This document shows, one piece after another, positions 38,070 through 46,946 of a stretch of DNA of 64,000 nucleotides. Every line of letters starts with the position of its first letter. Positions within the stretch are counted from its first letter, which is position 1. This stretch comes from Candidatus Doudnabacteria bacterium. Lineage in GTDB: Bacteria; Patescibacteriota; Doudnabacteria; UBA920. The stretch spans positions 85,347 to 149,346 of the forward strand of contig JACRDK010000004.1 of assembly GCA_016218585.1 (NCBI GenBank). The letters are read 5' to 3'. The notes beneath the pieces are model-generated. The model had not been told where the DNA came from and searched no databases. It saw nothing but the letters and a program-made list of their open reading frames with translations. Made by a program: the position numbers and the translations under genes.

Positions 38070-39200
38070 ATGAAAATTGGAATTGTCTGATATCCTTCCG
38101 TTGGTGGCAGCGGCATTGTGGCAACAAACTTAGGGCTAGAACTGGCGCTCCTGGGGCATCAGGTTCATTTTATTTCTTACGAATCGCCTTTTCGTTTGGA
38201 GAAAAAACATAAAAATATTTTTTTCCACAAAGTTCAAATTAACGAATACAGCCTGTTTAAATATCCGGACTACACCCTGCCGCTGGCCGTTGCCATTGAA
38301 GAAGTGCAAAAAAGATACGGGCTGGACGTAGTGCATGTGCATTACGCCGTGCCGCACGCCACCGCGGCGCTACTGGCTAAAAGAATTATGAGGCAAAATG
38401 GAATTCAACCGCCTAAAATAATTACCACTTTGCATGGAACCGACATTACCCTGCTGGCCAAAGATCCTGCTCTTTTTGAAATAATTAAATATTCGGTTGA
38501 AAGAAGCAACGGCGTAACTGCGGTATCACAAAATTTAAAAAATGATACAATAAAATTTTTAAAAACCGAAAAAGATATTGAGGTTATTTACAATTTTTAT
38601 TCTCCTCCGGCGCCAAAAAAAACCCACAACGCCATGCGCCGAGAACTTAAAATAAAAGACAGCGATGTTTTGGCTATTCATTTGTCTAATGTTCGTCCGG
38701 TAAAAAGAATTCCTGATTTGTTGAAAGTGGCGGCAAAAATGAAAACACAAAAAAACTTTAAACTGTTAATTTTAAGCGGCGGCGATTTTAAACCGTTTAA
38801 ACCGCTAGTTAAAAAACTTAAACTTGGCAAACAACTTATTGTTAAAGAAAATGTTAAAGATATTGAAAACTATTTAAATGCTGCCGACTTAGGGCTTTAC
38901 ACATCGGAAACAGAAAGTTTTGGCATGGGTATTTTGGAAACAATGAGTTATGAAAATCCCATTGTCAGCACTAATGTTGGCGGCGTGCCGGAAGTAATGG
39001 AAGAAGGAAAAAGCGGATTTTTGCTGGCGCTGGGCGATGTTTCCGGAATGGCAAACAAGGTAAAACTTTTGGTGAATAATGAAAATTTAAGAAAACAAAT
39101 GGGACAACACGCCAAAAAAATCGCCTGCGAAAAATTCTGCTCCAAAGTAGTCGTCCCCCAGTATTTGGAATACTACAAAAAAATAATAGAAGAAAAGTAG
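38070..39200 (+). CDS. GT4 glycosyltransferase, BshA-like (N-acetyl-alpha-D-glucosaminyl L-malate synthase family), interrupted by an in-frame TGA at 38088-38090; the ORF track starts at GTG 38118
   Basis: Own translation from ATG 38070: [34 protein letters not shown] matches the BshA N-terminus [22 protein letters not shown] with TGA at the conserved Cys; C-terminal GT4 motifs (E..G....E....G.P.V). Confidence 0.7.
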
Positions 39201-39224
39201 ACAACCCTGATATTAAAACTATAA

Positions 39225-39250
39225 AAACCCCCTTAAAGAAGGGGGTTTTA
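39225..39250 (+). terminator. Rho-independent terminator after the GT4 gene
   Basis: AAAAACCCCCTTAAAGAAGGGGGTTTTATT. Confidence 0.65.
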
Positions 39251-39253
39251 TTA

Positions 39254-39282
39254 TTGACAATTATGTCAATATATGATATAAT
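39254..39282 (+). promoter_or_regulatory. Perfect consensus sigma70 promoter with palindromic -35 region
   Basis: TTGACA (39254-39259), 17-nt spacer, TATAAT (39277-39282); -35 is part of the palindrome TTGACAATTATGTCAA; followed by RBS GGAGGA and ATG at 39313. Confidence 0.6.
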
Positions 39283-39309
39283 AATTACCTACTTCTGAGG
39301 AGGAGTATT

Positions 39310-39612
39310 GTGATGAAGGCCATCATTTTAGTATTTTTTTCGCTCTCCCTGCAGTGTACAGTAGGGCAGGAACCCGCCAAACCGGCACCACCGAGCGGTG
39401 TGACTGCTTCGCAGGGTGCAAAGCCGGCACCGGAGAAGAAGACCGGCAACGAACCGCTCGAGGCCTTGAGCCACGAAGAGGGATGTCGACGGGCAAGGTA
39501 TTTCTTCTACCGACCCGATCGATACCTCCAGCTCACCCGCATGAGCGGAAACGAAAACACGGTGCAGAACATGCTTCTGCACCAGATGACGGCAAACGGT
39601 TGCGACTGGTAG
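39310..39612 (+). CDS. Small secreted protein (100 aa), compositionally GC-rich relative to the genome
   Basis: Signal peptide MMKAIILVFFSLSLQCTVG; Pro/Ala-rich linker; two Cys (EEGC...ANGCDW); preceded by consensus promoter and strong RBS, followed by a terminator; chosen over the antisense ORF 39328..39648. Confidence 0.5.
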   Translation: MMKAIILVFFSLSLQCTVGQEPAKPAPPSGVTASQGAKPAPEKKTGNEPLEALSHEEGCRRARYFFYRPDRYLQLTRMSGNENTVQNMLLHQMTANGCDW

Positions 39613-39638
39613 AACCGGTCGCAGCCAACAACACAAAA

Positions 39639-39678
39639 AACGACGCAAGGGACCCTAAAGGCACCCTGCGTCGTTTTC
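39639..39678 (+). terminator. Rho-independent terminator
   Basis: ACGACGCAAGGGACCCTAAAGGCACCCTGCGTCGTTTTCATTT. Confidence 0.65.
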
Positions 39679-39685
39679 ATTTAAC

Positions 39686-40357
39686 TTATTTTTTCCACTC
39701 TACAATTTTCCCCATTTTAATTTCTATTTTATCCGCGGGGCGCAGATTTTTTATTTGCAGCTTATTTAAAATTTTATAATGTTTTATTTTATCCAGCTTT
39801 TGCGGTATTGCAAAAAGCTGCTCTGTGCTAGTTCGCCAGTTTATTGTTTCCCTTCCCTCTCTCTCTGAGGCAGAGGGATTAAGGGTGAGGGGGTGCTTGT
39901 CAAAAAAACTTAAATCAAAAATTTCCGAATATTCGCGCAATGTTTTTTGCCCGGTGTTTAAAAAATATTCATGGAAGTAAGACATAACCAATTCCCGCAA
40001 AGTTTTATAAACCGGCTCGCGAAAACGCAGTACGCCGTGATTAGTTTTACTTATGGCGCCAAAACAGCCAAATTTTTTATAAATTGCAACTACATGGTCA
40101 TCATCCCCGGGCTTGACCGAACGAAGATCAACCACAAGCGGCCTTGCCCCATGAAATTCCAAAATCGCCACAGCCAAGAGCGCGCCTTCCATACAATGTG
40201 CGGTTTTATGTTTTATAACCTGGCGCGGGGAATAACACGTCTCCCCGCTTTTCTCAAAGTTAAACTTTAACGAATTTAAAAAGCCCTGAATTTTTTGCGG
40301 CGAATTCAGTTTTTTAAAAAGTTTTATTTCCGCTTTTGTATACAATCCATTCTCCAT
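39686..40357 (-). CDS. Transglutaminase-like (Cys-His-Asp) domain protein, putative cysteine protease
   Basis: CMEGALLAVAILEFHGARPLVV...DDDHVVAIYK fits the transglutaminase-core pattern C.E.A...G.PAR.V...H.W.E.Y. Confidence 0.45.
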   Translation of the reverse strand: MENGLYTKAEIKLFKKLNSPQKIQGFLNSLKFNFEKSGETCYSPRQVIKHKTAHCMEGALLAVAILEFHGARPLVVDLRSVKPGDDDHVVAIYKKFGCFGAISKTNHGVLRFREPVYKTLRELVMSYFHEYFLNTGQKTLREYSEIFDLSFFDKHPLTLNPSASEREGRETINWRTSTEQLFAIPQKLDKIKHYKILNKLQIKNLRPADKIEIKMGKIVEWKK

Positions 40358-40392
40358 AAAAACATTCTGGTGTTCTGCAGAATATGAGAATA

Positions 40393-41295
40393 TTATTTTT
40401 TTATTGCGTGGCCGCCAAACTGCTTGCGCATAAGCGCCACAATTTTGTTGGAAAATTTATTTTGATTGGCCGGATCTTCCGACTCGCTGCGGACTTTTAA
40501 GCTGTCTTCTATTACCCGAACATCCACGCCCAATTCGTGGCCGGCGTTAACTGTCCATTCCCCTTCGCCGCTAGCTTTTATATAGCCTTTGGTTCCGGCA
40601 ATATCTTCCCCGTCAAAAATATTATAAACCAAATCTATGAGCCAGCTGCGCACTACGCTGCCCTGCTGGTAAACTTTAGTAACCTGCTTCAAATCCAAAT
40701 TAAAATCGCTGGCTTGCATTACCGCATAGCCTTCGCCAATGGCTTCCATCATTCCGTATTCAATGCCATTATGCACCATTTTTACAAAATGTCCGGCTCC
40801 GTTTTTCCCCATAAGCCCGTAATTTTCCCCGGAAGATAAAACTTTAAAAATAGGTTCTACCACGTGCCATTGTTCTTTTGGTCCGCCAACCATAAGCGCA
40901 AAGCCGTTCTCTTCGCCCCAAACGCCCCCGCTGGTGCCGCAGTCGTAAAATACCACGCCTTTGGCACTTAGCTCCGCGGCTCTCTTTATAGATTCTTTAT
41001 ATAAGCTGTTACCGCCGTCTATAACAATGTCCCCCGCGCGCAAGTGCGGCCCGATTTGCTTTTCAATAAATTCAGCGACTATTTCATGGGGCAACATTAT
41101 CCAAAAAATCCTGGGGCTTTGCGCCATGGCGCCAACAAGCTCGTCAACTTTTTCAAAAGTTTTAACTCCGGCTTTTGCGGCTTCCTCGCGCGGCTCCGGC
41201 GATCGATTCCAGGCCAATACCTCAAAATTATTTTTTTGTAATCTACGGGCAATTTGTATACCCATTTTTCCTAAACCAAAAATTGCAATTTTCAT
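40393..41295 (-). CDS. gnd: 6-phosphogluconate dehydrogenase, short (~300 aa, YqeC/GntZ-type) form
   Basis: MKIAIFGLGKMGIQIARRL Rossmann motif; 6PGD C-terminal domain. Confidence 0.8.
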   Translation of the reverse strand: MKIAIFGLGKMGIQIARRLQKNNFEVLAWNRSPEPREEAAKAGVKTFEKVDELVGAMAQSPRIFWIMLPHEIVAEFIEKQIGPHLRAGDIVIDGGNSLYKESIKRAAELSAKGVVFYDCGTSGGVWGEENGFALMVGGPKEQWHVVEPIFKVLSSGENYGLMGKNGAGHFVKMVHNGIEYGMMEAIGEGYAVMQASDFNLDLKQVTKVYQQGSVVRSWLIDLVYNIFDGEDIAGTKGYIKASGEGEWTVNAGHELGVDVRVIEDSLKVRSESEDPANQNKFSNKIVALMRKQFGGHAIKK

Positions 41296-41304
41296 AAATG
41301 TATA

Positions 41305-41314
41305 GACCGCGGAT
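41305..41314. repeat. Left inverted repeat (GACCGCGGAT) flanking the GxxExxY gene; CGCGGAT occurs twice on this flank
   Basis: Perfect reverse complement of ATCCGCGGTC at 41775-41784; ATCCGCG occurs 3 times on the right flank. Confidence 0.55.
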
Positions 41315-41331
41315 GCGCTGATAAACGCAGA

Positions 41332-41733
41332 TTACGCGGATTTTGTTTTTTGATTAATTATTCGCTTTATTAAAACACTTTTTCTAGTAAATATTGCTAG
41401 TAATCCTAATTCCAAACCGTTTGTTTTTAAATAAGTCATTACTTGATCAAAATATTTTTTGTGGAATTCCTCCGCAACCTTCAACTCAACAACTATGTTA
41501 ATTTTTTCTTCTTTAAATTTAACTAAAAAATCAATAAAGAACTTGGAAATTATTTTATCATCATATTTTAAATTGCAGTACAACTCTCTATCAAAAACCA
41601 AACCTAATTTTTCCAATTCACTCACAAACCCACGCTGATATTCTTTTTCCCGATAACCATAACCGAGCCTGTTATAAACATTATATAACGCTCCGATAAT
41701 CATTTTGGTTTGGTTCTGATATAAAAGTTGCAT
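41332..41733 (-). CDS. GxxExxY family protein (PD-(D/E)xK-fold, TIGR04256-like)
   Basis: IIGALYNVYNRLGYGYREKEYQRGFVSELEKLGL...ADFLV...IVVELK. Confidence 0.8.
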   Translation of the reverse strand: MQLLYQNQTKMIIGALYNVYNRLGYGYREKEYQRGFVSELEKLGLVFDRELYCNLKYDDKIISKFFIDFLVKFKEEKINIVVELKVAEEFHKKYFDQVMTYLKTNGLELGLLAIFTRKSVLIKRIINQKTKSA

Positions 41734-41753
41734 ATTTGCAGTTTTTATCCGCG

Positions 41754-42545
41754 CTATCCTGCCTGCATCCGCGTATCCGCGGTCTTTCTGACCTCAATAC
41801 ACATAAACAGCGGAATTTCCTTGCGGGCTTTGTCTTCCGCCAATTTTCTCGCGCCCTTGTCGCTGGTTTTATGGGAAATCCATTCTTCCAAGCGGCTTAC
41901 TACAAGTCCCGATTTATAAAAAGCTTTAAAATAAACCTGCAGCGGATGGTGAAAAGAATAAGTGAATTTTTTATTCCTCATTTCTTTTACTCCTTGGGTC
42001 ATATCCACGGCCTGGGTAATTTCCGACATATAGCCGTCTATTCTGCGGTACTGAACTTTTTGCTTTTCGTCATAATCCCAATTCGAAGCTCCGGGGACGC
42101 GAAAGGTAGGATGATTTAAAACCAGCACCGCCCTCCCCCCGGGTTTTAGCACCCGGGACATTTCGCCAATGGCCGCCGGCAAATTTTTCATATTTTGCAA
42201 AGCCAAGATGCAAATAGCTGCATCGAAGCGGTTATCAGCAATGCCGTTTAATTTCTCCGCCGACAAAACCAAATAACTTTCGTTCTTGCCGGATTGTGTT
42301 TTTGCCAAAGAAATTAATTCAGCGCCAATATCCACCCCCAAAACTTTAGCTCCAGCCTTTGCCAGTTCGCGCGAAAAATAACCTTGGCCGCAGCCAATAT
42401 CAATTATGTTTTCGCCAGGACTTATATTCAGCAGCCTTAGCAAATTTGGCTTTATTACTTTTTCCTGATAGGTATCTTCCCCTTCTTCTAGTAATTGGTT
42501 ATACCATCCGGCTACTTTACCCCAGGAAGTATTTGAATTGACCAT
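41754..42545 (-). CDS. Class I SAM-dependent methyltransferase (Methyltransf_11-like)
   Basis: IIDIGCGQGYFSRELAKAGAKVLGVDI motif I; LKPGGRAVLV. Confidence 0.8.
   Translation of the reverse strand: MVNSNTSWGKVAGWYNQLLEEGEDTYQEKVIKPNLLRLLNISPGENIIDIGCGQGYFSRELAKAGAKVLGVDIGAELISLAKTQSGKNESYLVLSAEKLNGIADNRFDAAICILALQNMKNLPAAIGEMSRVLKPGGRAVLVLNHPTFRVPGASNWDYDEKQKVQYRRIDGYMSEITQAVDMTQGVKEMRNKKFTYSFHHPLQVYFKAFYKSGLVVSRLEEWISHKTSDKGARKLAEDKARKEIPLFMCIEVRKTADTRMQAG
41775..41784. repeat. Right inverted repeat (ATCCGCGGTC) flanking the GxxExxY gene
   Basis: See left repeat; overlaps the last codons of the downstream methyltransferase ORF. Confidence 0.55.
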
Positions 42546-42681
42546 AATTTAAAAATAAATAAAATTGTATAAATGATATAATTGCCCAAAATTGCGCAAG
42601 ATTGTCCAGAATTGACCAAAAATTAAGTTGCAGAGGTTTAATTTTGTGCAATCTTATTTAATTCTGGGCAATTTTGGGCAA

Positions 42682-44160
42682 TTACTTTGTCCGCCACTCT
42701 CTTAAATCTTTTTTTATAAATTCATCAGCTTCTTTTGGTCCCGCGCTTTTTTGCTTATAGCTAAATACCGGCAAGTTTTTAAACTCAGGATTTTCCGTAA
42801 TGCTGTCTATAAATTTCCAGGAAGATTCTATTTCATCGCTGCGAATAAACAAGCGCTGGTCGCCTTCTATAAAGTCCAACAGCAACCGCTCATACGCCCC
42901 GGGCAGTTCGGTCATAAATGCCTGCTTGTAGCCAAAGCCGTAGTCGCCTTGGTGAATATCTACGCCAAAACCGGGAACTTTGTTGTTGATTTGCAAATGT
43001 ACCGATTCGTCCGGTTGAATGCGAAAAGTTAAAACATTCGCCGTGCAGTTGCGAAAAATACAGCGCGCCGGTTCTTTAAAATGCACCGTAACTTCCGCAA
43101 CTTTTTTATGCAGGGCTTTTCCAGTGCGCAAATAAAACGGCACACCCTGCCAGCGCGGCGTATTAATAAAAACTTTTAGCGCGGCAAAAGTTTCTGTTTG
43201 ACTGTCGGCCTTAACTTCTTTTTTGTATCCCGCATACTGCCCTTTAATAACAGACTGCCTTAACTCCCCTGCTGGCAGCTGCAAAGCTTTTAAAATTTTT
43301 AGCTTCTCGTTGCGAATATCTTCGGTGGTTAAATTATATGGCTCGTTCATGGTAATTAAAGACAGCATTTGCAAAATATGGTTTTGCACAAAATCTTTAA
43401 TCGCTCCGGTCTGGTCGTAATATTCAGCGCGCTTGGCTGTAGTGTCATTCTCCAAAACGCTAATTTCCACATGGTCAATATTTTTGTTATTCCAAAGCGG
43501 CTCAAAAATGCCGTTAGCAAAGCGGACCACCATTAAATTTTGCACTGTTTCCTTGCCTAAATAATGGTCTATGCGGTAAATTTGTTCTTCTTCAAAAAAC
43601 TTCTTTAAAAGCTTATTCAAAGCACTGGCTGACTTATAATTAAAACCAAACGGCTTTTCCACCAAAACTCGAACTTTCCTCTCATGGGCTTTGCAGGACA
43701 TAAGCAGGCCGGAATTTTTTAAAATGTGCGCGATGCCGGAAAAATACTGCGGGCTGGTTGCAAAGTAATACAAGCGATTATAGCAAACGTGCTTGTTTGG
43801 CTGGTCGTGGTCGGATAAAAGCTTTGCCAAACCGGTAAAAGAAGCGACGTCATCAAAATTTCCCTGATAATAAGTTAAGCGCTTTAAAAAAGACTGTTTA
43901 ACCTTTGTCGGCAGTTTTTTTAGCACAGTTGATTTTTTTAAAACAAAATCAAAATAAGATTTTGCGTTTAACTCTTTACGGCCAACGCAAACCAGCCTAA
44001 AACTCTTAGGCAGCATCCCATGCTCTTCCATGCGCAACAAAGCCGGCAATAAATAATCGGCCGAAAGGTCTCCGGTCGCGCCAAAAATTGTTAAAATTGT
44101 CGGCGCTATTTGTTTGCCCGACAAACGTTTTTGAGTATCTTCTACTAAGCTTTTTTTCAT
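42682..44160 (-). CDS. zwf: Glucose-6-phosphate 1-dehydrogenase
   Basis: GATGDLSADYLLPAL NADP site, EKPFG, RIDHYLGKE active-site motif. Confidence 0.9.
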   Translation of the reverse strand: MKKSLVEDTQKRLSGKQIAPTILTIFGATGDLSADYLLPALLRMEEHGMLPKSFRLVCVGRKELNAKSYFDFVLKKSTVLKKLPTKVKQSFLKRLTYYQGNFDDVASFTGLAKLLSDHDQPNKHVCYNRLYYFATSPQYFSGIAHILKNSGLLMSCKAHERKVRVLVEKPFGFNYKSASALNKLLKKFFEEEQIYRIDHYLGKETVQNLMVVRFANGIFEPLWNNKNIDHVEISVLENDTTAKRAEYYDQTGAIKDFVQNHILQMLSLITMNEPYNLTTEDIRNEKLKILKALQLPAGELRQSVIKGQYAGYKKEVKADSQTETFAALKVFINTPRWQGVPFYLRTGKALHKKVAEVTVHFKEPARCIFRNCTANVLTFRIQPDESVHLQINNKVPGFGVDIHQGDYGFGYKQAFMTELPGAYERLLLDFIEGDQRLFIRSDEIESSWKFIDSITENPEFKNLPVFSYKQKSAGPKEADEFIKKDLREWRTK

Positions 44161-44203
44161 ATATTTTCCTTAATTTTAGCACAATCCCAAACCTGCACAA
44201 GCG

Positions 44204-46867
44204 CTATATTTTTGCGGCCTTACGATAAATTAACTTGCGAATTTCATCCACTAAAATTATGGAGAAAGCCAAAACAAAAACCGCAACCCATTCGCCAAAA
44301 GCAAGCGGCTTGGTTTCTAACAGATGATTAAACCACGGCGTGCTGACCGCCACAAATTGAAAAACTAAATTTATGCCGATAGCCAGCCAAACATAAACAT
44401 TGCCAAAAATCCTTTTGTTAAAAACGCTTTTGAACCTGAATCTGCAGTTAAGCGAGTTATACCATTGAAACATTGCAAGCAGCGTAAGCGCCATAGTTTG
44501 AGCCTTAATTGCATCGGCCAAATAATAAACATGATATATATAGAGGGCGCCTAGTGCCATAGTCAGGCCAATAAGCCCAATATGAATCAACATTTGTCGG
44601 TCTATAAAAAACTTAGACAGCCGGCCGCGATTATTTTTAAAAGAATCGCCTTCGTCTTTTTCCAATGCCAGGGCCGCGCCGGAGAGCGGGTCTGTAATTA
44701 AATTTAGCCACAAAATTTGCACCGCGGTTACCGGCACCGGAATCCGCAAAAACAAACTAAACACTACGGTAAGCAATTCTCCAAAAGAAGTTGAAAATAA
44801 AAACTGCAGGGCTTTCTTTATATTGGCGTACATTACCCGGCCTTCTTTTATGGCCGTAACTATGCTGCCCAAATTATCGTCTAATAAAACTATATCCGCC
44901 GCTTCCTTGGCCACTTCTGTTCCAATTTTGCCCATCGCCACCCCAAGGTCGGCCGCCATTAAAGACGGCGCGTCATTAACGCCGTCGCCGGTCATAGCAA
45001 CGGTTAACCCTAAAGCTTTATAGCCCTGAATGATCTTCATTTTGTCTTCGGGAGTAACGCGGGAAAATACCGAAACTTTGGATAATTTTTCTTTTAACTG
45101 CCCGGGAGAAAGTTCCGCGAGTTCCGTTCCTGTTAAAATTATATCCCCTTCCGAAAAAATTCCGGCTTCCACAGCAATAGTCTTGGCTGTATTTTTTAAA
45201 TCGCCGGTTATCATTACAACTTTAACCCCGGCTTCTTTAGCCATGCTTACCGACTTGGCCGCTTCCGGCCTTAACGCGTCCTCTATTCCCCAAAAACCTC
45301 CAAACACCAACTCATTAATATTATCCAGCGGATGGGTTTTGCTTAAATGCTTAAACCCGTAAGCCACCACGCGCAAACCTTTTTTTGCAAATTCTTCCAC
45401 TGCTTCTTCAAAAAGTTTTTGGTCGGCCGAAGTTTTGGCGTGGGTCAAGCCGTTTTCCACATAATGAGAGGCGTGATGCAAAATAACTTCAGGCGCGCCG
45501 GCAATGGCGCAAAAAACTTTTCCTTCATGTTCATAAAAAACAGCGCGAAATTTGTTTTTATATTCAAAAGGAATTTCCGCGGCTTCAACATACTTCTTTT
45601 CTTCCGTTTCTTTGGCAAATCCCAGTTTTTCTCCAAACACCAACATAGCGGCCTCGGTCGGATCGCCGGAAACCTTATAACCGCCGGTATCCTGCACAAA
45701 CTGCACCCCGGCTTTATTTGCCAAGCAAGCCACCAGCGCGCTCTGTTTTACGTCCGCAGACTGATTCTCGTTTTTTCCTCCAAACTGCGCTTCGCCCTTT
45801 GGCTCATAACCATTGCCGGTTACGGAATAAATTTTCTTTCCTGTATATAAATTTTTTATGACCATTTCATTTTTAGTCAGGGTACCGGTCTTGTCTACGG
45901 CAATTATATTCGCTTGGCCCAAAGCCTCCACAGCCTGCATTTTTTTTACCAAAGCGTTCTTTTTGCTCATGCGCCAAACGCCATGAGCCAAAATTAAAGT
46001 TAAAACCAAAGGTAGCCCTTCCGGAATTACAGAAACGCCTAAAGAAACAATTAAGGCAAACATATCTCTGGGAGATTGCCCGGCTTGTGTGCCAAGAATA
46101 AACAAAAAAACGGACATTGCCACTACCAAATAAATAATAAATTTGGAAAGTTTTTTTATATTTTTTTGCAGCGGCATTTCGCTTTCTGGCATTAGCAAAG
46201 TTTGGCTGATTTTTCCAACCTCGGTGTTTATGCCGGTTCCAACAACAACAGCCAGCCCGTCGCCACCCAAAATCGCTGTTCCCTTAAAAACCATATTATG
46301 CTGGGAAGAAATAGGCAAATTTTCATCTGCGAGCGGACCTTCTTTTTTATGGACCGCTGCCGATTCCCCGGTTAAGGCGGATTCATCTGTGCTTAAGTTA
46401 TGTGAAAAAAATACTCTGGCGTCCGCCACCGCGCGCTGCCCTTCCTTTAAAACCAAAATATCTCCCGGGACTATCTCGGCTTCCAAAACAATAACCTCCT
46501 CGCCTCCGCGCAATACCGAAGCCTCCGCCGTAGATAATTTTTTTAAACTCTGCAACATTCTGCCGGCTCTCCCCTCCTGTACCGCCCCAATTACCGCGTT
46601 AATCAACAGGACAGCCAAAATAATATAGGCATCGGTATTTTCCCGCAAATAAAAAATTATGGCTGCGCAAGCCACCAAAATATAAATTAATGGGCTTTGA
46701 AATTGTCGCAAAAAAATAACCAGCCAGCTTTCCGGCGGCTTTTCCGGCAAAATGTTTGCCCCATATTGCTTTAGGCGGGCGCTAACTTCTTGCGGAGTCA
46801 AACCTTTTTCCAGGTCGGTTTTCAGTTCCTGGGCAAGTTGTTGTTTTGTGTATTGATACCAATTCAT
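44204..46867 (-). CDS. P-type ATPase, type IIA/IIB Ca2+ (cation)-transporting
   Basis: Cation_ATPase_N; DKTGTLTKN; TGDLKNTA; TGDGVNDAPSL; 10 TM. Confidence 0.85.
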   Translation of the reverse strand: MNWYQYTKQQLAQELKTDLEKGLTPQEVSARLKQYGANILPEKPPESWLVIFLRQFQSPLIYILVACAAIIFYLRENTDAYIILAVLLINAVIGAVQEGRAGRMLQSLKKLSTAEASVLRGGEEVIVLEAEIVPGDILVLKEGQRAVADARVFFSHNLSTDESALTGESAAVHKKEGPLADENLPISSQHNMVFKGTAILGGDGLAVVVGTGINTEVGKISQTLLMPESEMPLQKNIKKLSKFIIYLVVAMSVFLFILGTQAGQSPRDMFALIVSLGVSVIPEGLPLVLTLILAHGVWRMSKKNALVKKMQAVEALGQANIIAVDKTGTLTKNEMVIKNLYTGKKIYSVTGNGYEPKGEAQFGGKNENQSADVKQSALVACLANKAGVQFVQDTGGYKVSGDPTEAAMLVFGEKLGFAKETEEKKYVEAAEIPFEYKNKFRAVFYEHEGKVFCAIAGAPEVILHHASHYVENGLTHAKTSADQKLFEEAVEEFAKKGLRVVAYGFKHLSKTHPLDNINELVFGGFWGIEDALRPEAAKSVSMAKEAGVKVVMITGDLKNTAKTIAVEAGIFSEGDIILTGTELAELSPGQLKEKLSKVSVFSRVTPEDKMKIIQGYKALGLTVAMTGDGVNDAPSLMAADLGVAMGKIGTEVAKEAADIVLLDDNLGSIVTAIKEGRVMYANIKKALQFLFSTSFGELLTVVFSLFLRIPVPVTAVQILWLNLITDPLSGAALALEKDEGDSFKNNRGRLSKFFIDRQMLIHIGLIGLTMALGALYIYHVYYLADAIKAQTMALTLLAMFQWYNSLNCRFRFKSVFNKRIFGNVYVWLAIGINLVFQFVAVSTPWFNHLLETKPLAFGEWVAVFVLAFSIILVDEIRKLIYRKAAKI

Positions 46868-46946
46868 GCTAAGACTAGAATTAAGAATCTTGAATCATGA
46901 ATTATGTTTTGCTTCTATATTCCTAACTCATGATTCTATTTTTAAA

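Noticed and set aside
38088-38090. Global genetic-code reassignment (UGA=Gly, code 25, as in some CPR lineages) to explain the TGA in the GT4 gene
   Set aside because: TGA terminates many long, well-conserved genes in this window (e.g. typA, copA, zwf frames end appropriately), so UGA is a stop here; the single TGA is a local event.
39328-39648. 106-aa antisense ORF within the GC-rich cassette
   Set aside because: The plus-strand ORF has a consensus promoter, RBS, signal peptide and terminator in correct register; the antisense ORF has none and is Cys/Arg/Leu-rich, typical of GC-rich antisense noise.
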